A DNA stretch of 64,000 nt from Candidatus Woesearchaeota archaeon (GTDB taxonomy: Archaea; Nanobdellota; Nanobdellia; Woesearchaeales; UBA10216). The stretch spans positions 67,530 through 131,529 of the forward strand of contig JACPTF010000002.1 of the NCBI GenBank assembly GCA_016192915.1, read 5' to 3'. The translations under genes and the position numbers were made by a program. Position 1 is the stretch's first letter. Each line of letters opens with the position of its first letter. The notes beneath the pieces were generated by a model. That model made no database searches and was not told where the DNA came from. It saw only the letters and a program-made list of their open reading frames with translations. Shown here piece by piece: positions 48,350 to 57,078 of the stretch.

Positions 48350-49443
48350 CAAAAATCATAGACCCCTGGGGCTCTGTCCTCGTTGAGGACTACGCGAAGC
48401 TGATAAAGGATTTTGGCTTGGAGCAATTCTCGCAGTACTTGGAGCTTTTCCCCAATCCGAACAGGCTGATGAGAAGGGATGTTGTGTTTGCTGGAAGGGA
48501 CGTGAAGAGAATAGCTGATGCCATAAAGAAGAAAGAGGACTTCTATGTGCTGTCTGGGATAATGCCCTCTGCGGAGAAGATACACCTTGGCACTAAGATG
48601 GTGATTGAGGACATAAGGTACTTCCAGGACCACGGAGCTGATACTTATGTGCTGGTTGCAGACCTTGAGGCGGCAGCCGCGAGGGGCGTAACTCTTGAAG
48701 AAGGCAGAAAAAGGGCACTGGAATTCTACATTCCGGCTTACATAGCCCTCGGATTGGACCCCAAAAAGACGACGTTTTATTTCCAGTCTGAAAATAAGGA
48801 AGTAATGCACCTTGCTTACGAATTTGCCAAGAAGATAACGGCAAATGAATTTGAGGCAATTTATGGCAGCAATGACCCCGGCAAGATGTTCAGCGCACTA
48901 ACACAGGTTGGTGACATACTCTACCCGCAGCTGAAGAAAAGAAGGCCAGGAGTCATACCTGTCGGGATTGACCAGGACCCGCACATAAGGCTGACAAGGG
49001 ACATAGTAGCAAGAACAAAGTCAAAGTACAACTTTGTGCCGCCCTCAAGCATCTACAACAAGTACACGCCCTCACTAAGCGGGAAGCTGAAGATGTCCAA
49101 GTCTGAGCCGGAAAGCTGCATCGAGCTACCAGAAGACACGAAAAGCGTGTGCAGGAAGATAAAAAATGCTATGAGCGGTGGAAGGGACACGCTTGAGGAA
49201 CACAAAAAGCTAGGCGCGGTTATAGAGAAAGATATGGTATTTGAGCTGCTGAAGCAGCACTTGGTTGAAGACGACAGGGAACTGCAAAGGATACATGACG
49301 ACTACAAGTCTGGGAAGATGACAAGCGGCGAGCTGAAGCAGATAGCCTGTGACAAGATGACTGAATTCCTAGCTGATTTCTCTGCAAAGCTGGAAAAGGC
49401 GAGGCAGAATATCGGCAAATTGAAGTTTATTTCTTTCAACTAA
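48346..49443 (+). CDS. trpS: Tryptophan--tRNA ligase (archaeal/eukaryotic type)
   Basis: DPWGS...DYAKLIKDFG N-terminus, KMSKS, and C-terminal SGGRDTLEEHKKLG...DDYKSGKMTSGELKQ closely parallel eukaryotic TrpRS. Confidence 0.85.
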   Translation: MTKIIDPWGSVLVEDYAKLIKDFGLEQFSQYLELFPNPNRLMRRDVVFAGRDVKRIADAIKKKEDFYVLSGIMPSAEKIHLGTKMVIEDIRYFQDHGADTYVLVADLEAAAARGVTLEEGRKRALEFYIPAYIALGLDPKKTTFYFQSENKEVMHLAYEFAKKITANEFEAIYGSNDPGKMFSALTQVGDILYPQLKKRRPGVIPVGIDQDPHIRLTRDIVARTKSKYNFVPPSSIYNKYTPSLSGKLKMSKSEPESCIELPEDTKSVCRKIKNAMSGGRDTLEEHKKLGAVIEKDMVFELLKQHLVEDDRELQRIHDDYKSGKMTSGELKQIACDKMTEFLADFSAKLEKARQNIGKLKFISFN

Positions 49444-49475
49444 GCCCTTTTTCGGCAGGTTTTTATACAACCCTG

Positions 49476-51689
49476 TTGTTTCTTACTTTTATGGTGGAAT
49501 TAATTATAGCCGAAAAACCAAAGGCTGCACAGCGTATAGCAGAATCTCTAGCTGAAGGCAAAGTTGTGAAAAAGGGCGTGCATGGTGTTTATTACTATGA
49601 AATTTCAAGAGGCAAAAATGACATAATTGTTGCCTGCGCCGTAGGTCACTTGTTTGGTCTTGCTGAAAAAGAGAAGAAAAAAGGTATGGCTTACCCTGTT
49701 TTTGATGTTGAATGGAAGCCACTATATGAAACAACAAAGACAGCTGCGTTCTCCAAGAAGTATTATGATATGTTAAAGAAGTTGTCCAAAGATGCAACAA
49801 CCTTTACCGTTAGCTGCGACTACGATATTGAGGGAAGCACTCTTGGAATGAATATAATTCGTTTTATCTGCAAGCAAAAAGATGCTAGAAGAATGAAGTT
49901 TTCTACATTGACCAAACCAGACCTTATTCAAGCTTACGAAAGCGTTTCACAAAGTTTGGACTGGGGGCAGGCGCACGCAGGCGAAACCAGACATGAGCTG
50001 GATTGGTACTGGGGCATCAACCTGAGCAGGGCATTGACCTCAGCAATAAAGAAAGCAGGCTTATTCAAGATACTCAGCATAGGCAGAGTACAAGGCCCTG
50101 CACTGCAGATTATTGTGCAAAGGGAGAAGGAAATAAAGGCGTTCAAGCCGCAGCCGTTCTGGCAGCTGGAGCTGCAGGGCAAGGTGAAGAATGGCGAGCT
50201 GACTGCGCTGCACGAAAAGGACAAGTTCTGGGACAAGAAAGAAGCTGATTTGGTGTATGCAAAAGTTAAAGGAAAAAACGGCACTATTTCAGAGGTAAAA
50301 CGGGACGAGTTTCAGCAGCAAACACCATACCCATTTGACCTGACAACGCTGCAGACAGAAGCTTACAGGTGCTTTGGCGCGCCTCCGAAAGCGACGCTTG
50401 AAATAGCACAGGAATTGTATACTTCGGGGCTCATCTCGTACCCAAGAACATCGTCCCAGCAGCTGCCGCCTACAATCGGCTACTCAAAGATAATAGCAGC
50501 ACTCTCTCAGCAAGAGAACTACAGCGCGCTATGCAAGCGGTTGCTGGCGAAAGGAGGTCTGAAACCGAACAACGGAAAGAAGACAGACCCCGCGCACCCG
50601 GCAATCTATCCGACAGGGCTGAAGCCGAAGAGCCTTGACAAGAGGGGCCAGAGAATCTATGACCTGATTGCCCGGAGATTCCTTGCCACTTTTGCGGATG
50701 CAGCCACCAGGGAAACAGTATCAGCGAGAATTGACGTAAATAAAGAAATTTTTGTTGCTGCCGGAACGACAACAAAGTACAGGGGGTGGCACGAGTTCTA
50801 TGGGCCTTATGCGAGGTTCAAGGAAGAGGAACTGCCACAGGTGACAAAAGGCGAAACAGTTGTTGTGAAAAAGCTGGAGCTCCTGGCAAAAGAGACGAAG
50901 CCTCCGGCGAGGTACACGGAGGCTTCTATAATAAGGGAGCTTGAAAAGAGGAACCTGGGCACAAAGGCGACAAGGGCTGAGATTATTGACACATTGCACA
51001 AAAGAGGATATGTTAACGGAAGGGCGATAGAAGCGACAGACCTCGGGATAAAGATTGTTGAAACATTGGGGAAGTACAGCCCAGAAATAATAGATGAGGA
51101 GCTGACAAGGCACTTCGAGGGCGAGATGGAGGAAATACAGGAAGACAAGAAAAAAGGGGAAGATGTGCTGGAAGAGGCAAAAGGGGTGCTGGTTAAAATC
51201 CTTGACAGCTTCAAGAAAAAGGAGAAAGGGATAGGAGACGAGCTGATAACTGCAACGAAAGAATCTGAAACAAAGGAGAATACCATTGGAAGATGCCCTG
51301 TCTGCGGTGAAGGGACACTTATGATGAAAAGAGGCAAGTTTGGCAGGTTCATAGCGTGCAGCTGCTATCCGGACTGCAAGGCGACATTCAAGCTGCCATC
51401 AAACGGGCTTGTCAAGAACACCGACAAGGTGTGCGAAACGTGCAAGCACCCCGTAATAACGGTGATAAGGAGCGCCAGAAAGCCGCAGGAGGTATGCATA
51501 AACCCCGACTGCCAAAGCAAGATTTCGCCAGACGCAAGAAAGCTGATAAGACAGAATGAAAACAGCAGCTGCAAAAAATGCGGCGAGGGGAAAATGGTTC
51601 TCAGAAGAAGCGTTTACGGGAGCTTCCTCGGGTGCGATAAGTTCCCGAAATGCAGGAATATAGTGAAGATAAATGGCGGAATACGATAA
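49476..51689 (+). CDS. topA: DNA topoisomerase I (type IA) with C-terminal zinc ribbons
   Basis: N-terminal Toprim (ELIIAEKPKAA), topo IA core, three C4 zinc-ribbon repeats at the C-terminus. Confidence 0.9.
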   Translation: MFLTFMVELIIAEKPKAAQRIAESLAEGKVVKKGVHGVYYYEISRGKNDIIVACAVGHLFGLAEKEKKKGMAYPVFDVEWKPLYETTKTAAFSKKYYDMLKKLSKDATTFTVSCDYDIEGSTLGMNIIRFICKQKDARRMKFSTLTKPDLIQAYESVSQSLDWGQAHAGETRHELDWYWGINLSRALTSAIKKAGLFKILSIGRVQGPALQIIVQREKEIKAFKPQPFWQLELQGKVKNGELTALHEKDKFWDKKEADLVYAKVKGKNGTISEVKRDEFQQQTPYPFDLTTLQTEAYRCFGAPPKATLEIAQELYTSGLISYPRTSSQQLPPTIGYSKIIAALSQQENYSALCKRLLAKGGLKPNNGKKTDPAHPAIYPTGLKPKSLDKRGQRIYDLIARRFLATFADAATRETVSARIDVNKEIFVAAGTTTKYRGWHEFYGPYARFKEEELPQVTKGETVVVKKLELLAKETKPPARYTEASIIRELEKRNLGTKATRAEIIDTLHKRGYVNGRAIEATDLGIKIVETLGKYSPEIIDEELTRHFEGEMEEIQEDKKKGEDVLEEAKGVLVKILDSFKKKEKGIGDELITATKESETKENTIGRCPVCGEGTLMMKRGKFGRFIACSCYPDCKATFKLPSNGLVKNTDKVCETCKHPVITVIRSARKPQEVCINPDCQSKISPDARKLIRQNENSSCKKCGEGKMVLRRSVYGSFLGCDKFPKCRNIVKINGGIR

Positions 51690-51700
51690 AGGTGTTTATA

Positions 51701-52774
51701 ATGGCCTCTGTAATTAATGAATTCAGGAAAGTTTCTTCTTTGATGGCAAATTTTATGCTAAGCAGACCATTCTATGCATCAGTTGATATAACCAATTTCT
51801 GTAACTTGCGCTGCGATGGATGTGACTACCCCTTGCTTCTCGGACAGAAGCAACTCGGCAAAGACTTGCCGCTTGAGGGGATTGAAGCAAGGATTGAGGC
51901 ACTGCATAAGGCATTTGGAAGCTTGGTTGTTGTACTGGCCGGGTTTGAGCCAACCGTGAGAACAGACTTGGCAAGCATCATTACCGCTGCATCTCGACAT
52001 AATTACGTTGGAATTGTAACTAATGGAACGCTTATTGACAGGGAAAAAGCAAAGAGCTACTGGAAAGCCGGGCTCTTGTTTGCAAGCGTTTCTTTACCTA
52101 CAACGGATGATAAAAGATTCAGGGAAATAACACAGGTGCAACGCTACGGTGTCAGGGACGTTAAAAATGCAATTGAAACGCTGATTGAGACTGCACCAAT
52201 ATTCGGAAAAGTAGCAATAACTGTGACAGTCGACAACCAAACAACGCCAGCACAAATGGAGGAAATTATCGTTTACGCGAAGAATGTGAGAGCTGCAGTT
52301 TCATTCCAACCATACTCAGCATCAAAACCTGCTTCGGCCCTGATTAGCTATGATATTGCTGGTGACAAAAGAAGAATCACAGAGGAAACACTCGAAACGG
52401 TTTTTGCCGGAAGTTTAGCCGGCATAATTCTAGAGTTGAAAAGAAAATATGGCAATGTTATCGGTCGAACTGTTGCCTTAAGAAATTTTGATACTTTCAT
52501 TAGAGAGGGAATGATACCATTTAAGCCCCGTTCACTCAAACTTTACACAAATGGGAATATTAGCCTATACCCTGAAAGGCAAGCGTTCAGCAATATTGAC
52601 GCTAGATTGCCGGAACAGGTCTGGCAAGATTATAGGCAACATGTTGAGGAATTAAGGGCACAGGGGCCATTTAAGGCAAATAACTGCTACCGATGCGTTA
52701 ATTTAACTAATCCAACAACGCCGATGGGTGACATGGTTGGAACTGTATGGAGAGCGATTGCGAAGGTAGTCTAA
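51701..52774 (+). CDS. Radical SAM protein
   Basis: CNLRCDGCDY (CxxxCxxC) near N-terminus; start trimmed to MASVINEF to avoid overlap with topA. Confidence 0.7.
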   Translation: MASVINEFRKVSSLMANFMLSRPFYASVDITNFCNLRCDGCDYPLLLGQKQLGKDLPLEGIEARIEALHKAFGSLVVVLAGFEPTVRTDLASIITAASRHNYVGIVTNGTLIDREKAKSYWKAGLLFASVSLPTTDDKRFREITQVQRYGVRDVKNAIETLIETAPIFGKVAITVTVDNQTTPAQMEEIIVYAKNVRAAVSFQPYSASKPASALISYDIAGDKRRITEETLETVFAGSLAGIILELKRKYGNVIGRTVALRNFDTFIREGMIPFKPRSLKLYTNGNISLYPERQAFSNIDARLPEQVWQDYRQHVEELRAQGPFKANNCYRCVNLTNPTTPMGDMVGTVWRAIAKVV

Positions 52775-52843
52775 GCTAAATGTTGTCGTAATTCTATAAT
52801 AGCCAGAAAGGTTTAAATCGTGGCATCAGCAATAATTGGCTGA

Positions 52844-53211
52844 ATGCTTGCAAACGAGGATGTAATAATAAGACTGGCGCTCGCCGTATTAGTGGGTGCT
52901 TTGATAGGATTGGAAAGAGAGAAAACAAAGCATGCCGCAGGGCTACGAACCCACCTGCTTGTATGCATAGGCTCAACACTGATAACCCTCACTTCAATTG
53001 ACATGTTCCCGCAGAACCCGGCTCCGATAACGGCTGCCATAATAACAGGAATAGGCTTTCTCGGAGCATATGGGCAGTAGCCGGGTTGGGGCTTGCTCTG
53101 GGCGCAGGAGCTTACATAATAGCGGCATTTGGAACATTGGCGATGATGTTCACGCTGGAATTTGGGCGGATACAGTACTTAATAACAAAGAAAAAGCGGA
53201 AGTGGAGCTAA
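52844..53211 (+). pseudogene. mgtC: mgtC/SapB-family membrane protein gene, disrupted (internal deletion + frameshift)
   Basis: N-terminal part ...LVGALIGLEREKTKHAAGLRTHLLVCIGS...GIGFLGA ends at TAG. The conserved C-terminal block AVAGLGLALGAGAYIIAAFGTLAMMFTLEFG continues in the +1 frame with about 20 residues missing. Confidence 0.7.
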
Positions 53212-53214
53212 AAT

Positions 53215-54534
53215 CTAAAATTCAAGGATACCCTTGGCTTCTGCAACAAGGCTGGGGCTGCTGCCGCCGTGCCAGGTTGACCTTGGGCGGACTCTCATCG
53301 GATAAAGGCGCTCATTGGTATCGTCAAAAAGGAGAGCTGCGCCTTTTACCCTCGGCAGGTCGTTGAGCGACTTGTCAAGGCCCTCGCGCATGTAGCTCTG
53401 CATCAGGGCGCCAAGGGCGTCAACGTCAATCTTTGCAGTAACACGATGGGAGATAACGATATCCGATTGTGTCATGACGTCGGTATGAATCTGGCCTGGC
53501 TGCTGCGATGCAAGAACCAGGGAAATGCCGGGCTGCCTGCCCTCCCTGAGGACAGTGATTAGGGAATTCGACGCCGGCGTGATGCCCTGCTTGGGAAGGA
53601 ATTCGTGGGCCTCATCGAGAAAAAGCCAAATCAACGGGACTTCCTTCTTCTCGCCTGCAAGCTTCCTAGAGAAGGATGTTGCCTGTTTTATTGAGGCCAT
53701 TTCCTCAGCCTTCCTTATGAGCATCCTTTCGTTAAACAGCTTCTTTGAAACAAGGCCAATGACCAATGCACGGATGTTGTTCTTGCCCCCAGAGACGGCA
53801 TAAGGGCTTATGTCAAGTATTGTAATCTGCCCGCCAACAGCCAGGTCGCTGATTAGCGTTGATTTCTCGCTGAAAAGCCCCCAATCTTCAGCTGAGAGGA
53901 ACATGTTTTCAACAGCCGCCCTTGTCTCATTGCTTGTCCTGTCATCCTTCCTTACCTCAGCCACGATGTCGTTTAATGAAAAATCCGCCTGCTGCTTCCT
54001 GAGCCCGGAGACAACCCTTCCGATAAGAGTGCCAAACTCGCTTGTGATGTCAACCTCGAAAATGCCGCACCAGTCGCCAATGGTGAGCTCTGCCGGGTTG
54101 ATTGAGAAAGGCAGGTCAACCGGTATGCCGCGGTCCTTGAACTCCTGGTAGCTGCCCAGGGGCACGTAAACCCGCGCGTTAAAGTGCTGGTAAGGAATCT
54201 GCCACTCCCTGAGAAGGGCTTCGTCCTTCCTGTTCTCGTACTTGGTTGTCCAGAAAATTCCCATGGTGTCAAAAACTACGAGGCTGAGGTTTTTTGTGAG
54301 CTCTGGCTCAAGGGACATCATGCCTTCAGCCATTGCCATAATAGAATAGCTTTTCCCGCTTCCCCTCTTGCCAAAAACTGAAACAACATGGCTTCTCAGA
54401 ACGTCCATGTAAATTCCTGTTGACAGCGAGGTTGTCTGGCCCATCTTGACGTAATGCTTGCCAATAAGGAAGGTGCCCTTATCGCCAAAAGCCCTCCTGT
54501 CTTCCTCATCCCTTCCGACAATTATCTCGTACAC
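53215..54534 (-). CDS. HerA/FtsK-like P-loop ATPase (DUF87-type)
   Basis: 439 aa; Walker A FGKRGSGKSY; Walker B LFLDEAHEF; no adjacent NurA-like nuclease. Confidence 0.65.
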   Translation of the reverse strand: MYEIIVGRDEEDRRAFGDKGTFLIGKHYVKMGQTTSLSTGIYMDVLRSHVVSVFGKRGSGKSYSIMAMAEGMMSLEPELTKNLSLVVFDTMGIFWTTKYENRKDEALLREWQIPYQHFNARVYVPLGSYQEFKDRGIPVDLPFSINPAELTIGDWCGIFEVDITSEFGTLIGRVVSGLRKQQADFSLNDIVAEVRKDDRTSNETRAAVENMFLSAEDWGLFSEKSTLISDLAVGGQITILDISPYAVSGGKNNIRALVIGLVSKKLFNERMLIRKAEEMASIKQATSFSRKLAGEKKEVPLIWLFLDEAHEFLPKQGITPASNSLITVLREGRQPGISLVLASQQPGQIHTDVMTQSDIVISHRVTAKIDVDALGALMQSYMREGLDKSLNDLPRVKGAALLFDDTNERLYPMRVRPRSTWHGGSSPSLVAEAKGILEF

Positions 54535-54607
54535 GCACTAACCTCTTTTGCAGCTATTCCAGCTGTTCTGCTGTTGTGGCAATAAATACTTTGCGCTAGT
54601 GGGGTGC

Positions 54608-54744
54608 TTTCAAGTTAATTGGCAAAGCCGACTTTGGTGCTGCGCACTTCCTTTCCCTCCCCTACGCTTAGCGTGGGGAGAGGAAAGCAACCCAAATGCA
54701 GTTTGGGCAAAGTCGGCAACAAAAGACACTTAACTTGACATTAT
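54608..54744. mobile_element. MITE-like element: about 135 bp with terminal inverted repeats, flanked by imperfect 17-bp direct repeats
   Basis: Ends tcaagttaa ... ttaacttga; internal long hairpin with perfect 13-bp arms cctttccctcccc / ggggagaggaaag around tacgcttagcgt. Flanks cgctagtggggtgcttt (54592-54608) and cgctagtgggaagcttt (54752-54768). Shares gccgactttgg / caaagtcggc with the palindromic family. Confidence 0.65.
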
Positions 54745-54790
54745 CCGCTAGTGGGAAGCTTTATAAAATCGCTGTGGCTTCACAGGAGAA

Positions 54791-55390
54791 ATGGCAAAAA
54801 GCATTGGGGAAGGGAACGGCATCAGCGAAGAGTTCGCAAGTCTCAAAAAGGAGATAGAAACTATTGACTCTAAAAGAGAAGCTCTCATCGCCAGCACAAG
54901 GGAAATACTGAAGGCATCCAAAGGAGCGATCTATTCCTTGCAACGAGGCGATAACAAGGCGGCGGAAAAGGCGCTTGCTGAACTGAAGCCAAAGATTGCC
55001 GCGCTAAAGCCTTATTCTGAAGATGCAAACTATGCGAGCGTCACAAAGCCTCCAATCCAGGAATATGTTGAGGCAGCCTGCTTCAGCGAATTCATCAACA
55101 ATGGAAAGATACTGCCACGGGAAAAGCTTGGAGTTTCGGCGGAAAACTATATCGCCGGGCTTTGCGACCTGTCAGGCGAGATTGTGCGCAAGGCAGTCAA
55201 CGCCGCCATAAACGATGATGCCAAGACGGTAATTTCGGGAAAAAAATTCATTGAAAACCTCTACTATGGCCTGATGCAATTTGACTTCAGGAATGGGGAC
55301 TTAAGGAGGAAGTTTGACGGCCTGAAATACGACCTGAAGAAGATGGAAGACCTGCTTCTCAGCCTGAAGCTGCAGGGGAAGGTGAAGTGA
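54791..55390 (+). CDS. Translin-family protein
   Basis: C-terminal FDGLKYDLKKMEDLLLSLKLQG parallels human translin YDGLKYDVKKVEEVVYDLSIRG; YIAGLCDLSGE matches the translin YVCGLADLTGE block. Confidence 0.8.
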   Translation: MAKSIGEGNGISEEFASLKKEIETIDSKREALIASTREILKASKGAIYSLQRGDNKAAEKALAELKPKIAALKPYSEDANYASVTKPPIQEYVEAACFSEFINNGKILPREKLGVSAENYIAGLCDLSGEIVRKAVNAAINDDAKTVISGKKFIENLYYGLMQFDFRNGDLRRKFDGLKYDLKKMEDLLLSLKLQGKVK

Positions 55391-55393
55391 AAA

Positions 55394-55624
55394 ATGGTCA
55401 TAGACCATGAAAGGGTAAGGAAACAGGCAAAAGCCGTTATGGATGAGTTTGTGAAGGCACTTGATAAAATTGGAGGGGTTTCTGGAGAGGTTGGCATTGA
55501 AAGGGATGAGCAAACAAGGGCTGCGAAGGCAACAAAGCAGGACAGCGGCTTCAGGGGGAGGATGCTTGGAAACGCCCCTAAAAAGGACAGCTCACACATA
55601 ATTGCCGAGAAGAAAAGCTGGTAA
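55394..55624 (+). CDS. gatC: Putative Asp-tRNA(Asn)/Glu-tRNA(Gln) amidotransferase subunit C
   Basis: 76-aa ORF ending 3 nt before gatA; sequence similarity to GatC is weak, call rests mainly on position. Confidence 0.5.
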   Translation: MVIDHERVRKQAKAVMDEFVKALDKIGGVSGEVGIERDEQTRAAKATKQDSGFRGRMLGNAPKKDSSHIIAEKKSW

Positions 55625-55626
55625 AA

Positions 55627-57054
55627 ATGACCTATTCAACAGAAGAAAAAAAATCACTCATTAAGAAAGGCAAAATAACGGCATCGAAAAACATCAAAGG
55701 ATTTCTAAACGCCGTAAGGAAGAAAAATGGCAGCGTGAACGCCATATTGCACGTTAATGAAAATGCTGTTGCCGAGGCAGAGGCTGCTGACAGGAAGATA
55801 AAGGCCGGGAAAGCCGGAAGGCTGGCAGGGCTAGCAATAGTGGTGAAGTCAAACATTTCTGTAACAGGGTTGCCTGTTACTTGCGCTTCGAAAACGCTGG
55901 AAAATTATTACGGGACTTTTGACGCTGACGTTATCGCTAAGATAAAGGCCGAGGACGGCATAATAATCGGGATGGCAAACATGGACGAGTTCGCCTGCGG
56001 AAGCTCAGGAGAGACCTCGGCATTTGGGGCAACACACAACCCTGCGGCCCCGGGAAGAATACCGGGAGGGACAAGCTCTGGCTCAGCTGCGGCTGTCGCG
56101 GCAGGATTCTGCGACCTGGCCCTTGGCTCAGACACAGGCGGCTCAATCAGGAATCCAGCCTCGCATTGCGGCGTTGTAGGCATAAAGCCAAGCTACGGAA
56201 GGGTTTCAAGGTATGGACTGGTTGACATGACAATGAGCTTTGACCAGATAGGGCCTCTCAGCAACGATGCTTACGGGGCAGCACTGCTTATGGAGGTAAT
56301 CGCCGGGAAAAGCGAGAACGACGGCACAACACAATTCCGCGATGAGCGGAATGTGCAATCGGGCAATGCCCGATTTGCAACTGCAAATAAAGTTCCGGAT
56401 TACCTGAAGCTTCTGCAGAATGGCGTGAAGGGGATAAAAATAGGCATGAGCCCGGAATTTGAGGAGATGTGCAGTGACAAAAGGATATATGGGCTGATAG
56501 AAGACGCCGCGCATAAATTTGCTGCTGCAACGAAAAGCACGATAAAACAAATAAAGTTGCCTTATGTTGACATGGCAATACAGGCCTACTACCCGATAGT
56601 TTACGTCGAGTTCTTCTCGGGAACCAGGAAATTTGACGGGAGGAAGTACGGCAAGAAAATAGAAGACAGCTGCGGTGAAGAGGTGCTGAGAAGGATACTT
56701 GGCGGCAGGGAAATATCAAAAGCTGAGCACCACGGCACTTATTACAGAAAGGCGCTGATGGCAAAGAAGCGGATAGCTGAAGGCTTTGAAAGCGCATTCA
56801 AGGATGTTGACATCATAATATCGCCAACAACGCCCATGCTGCCGCACAGGATTGGAACGAAAATAAGTGACCCGATGGTAATGTATGCTTATGACGCTTA
56901 TACCATCCCGGTGAATTTGGCGGGGGTTTGCGCGGGGGTTGTGCCTGCAGGGAAAATAGATGGTATACCTGTTGGGCTGCAGACTATGACGCCTGCTTTC
57001 AGGGAGGAATTGCTGCTTCAGACACTTGCCGGAATAGAAAAACAATCTTTATAA
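55627..57054 (+). CDS. gatA: Asp-tRNA(Asn)/Glu-tRNA(Gln) amidotransferase subunit A, carrying an in-frame 57-nt repeat insertion
   Basis: Amidase signature GGSSGGSAAAVA; 475 aa. Segment TQFRDERNVQSGNARFATA (56329-56385) is encoded by a palindromic repeat copy. Confidence 0.9.
   Translation: MTYSTEEKKSLIKKGKITASKNIKGFLNAVRKKNGSVNAILHVNENAVAEAEAADRKIKAGKAGRLAGLAIVVKSNISVTGLPVTCASKTLENYYGTFDADVIAKIKAEDGIIIGMANMDEFACGSSGETSAFGATHNPAAPGRIPGGTSSGSAAAVAAGFCDLALGSDTGGSIRNPASHCGVVGIKPSYGRVSRYGLVDMTMSFDQIGPLSNDAYGAALLMEVIAGKSENDGTTQFRDERNVQSGNARFATANKVPDYLKLLQNGVKGIKIGMSPEFEEMCSDKRIYGLIEDAAHKFAAATKSTIKQIKLPYVDMAIQAYYPIVYVEFFSGTRKFDGRKYGKKIEDSCGEEVLRRILGGREISKAEHHGTYYRKALMAKKRIAEGFESAFKDVDIIISPTTPMLPHRIGTKISDPMVMYAYDAYTIPVNLAGVCAGVVPAGKIDGIPVGLQTMTPAFREELLLQTLAGIEKQSL
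56330..56380. repeat. Modular palindromic repeat element, copy 5, in frame inside gatA
   Basis: cacaattccgc-gatga-gcggaatgtg + caatcgggc-aat-gcccgatttg; near-identical to intergenic copy 3 (34645). Confidence 0.85.
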
Positions 57055-57078
57055 ACGCTTTCTTGCTCTCTGGAATGC

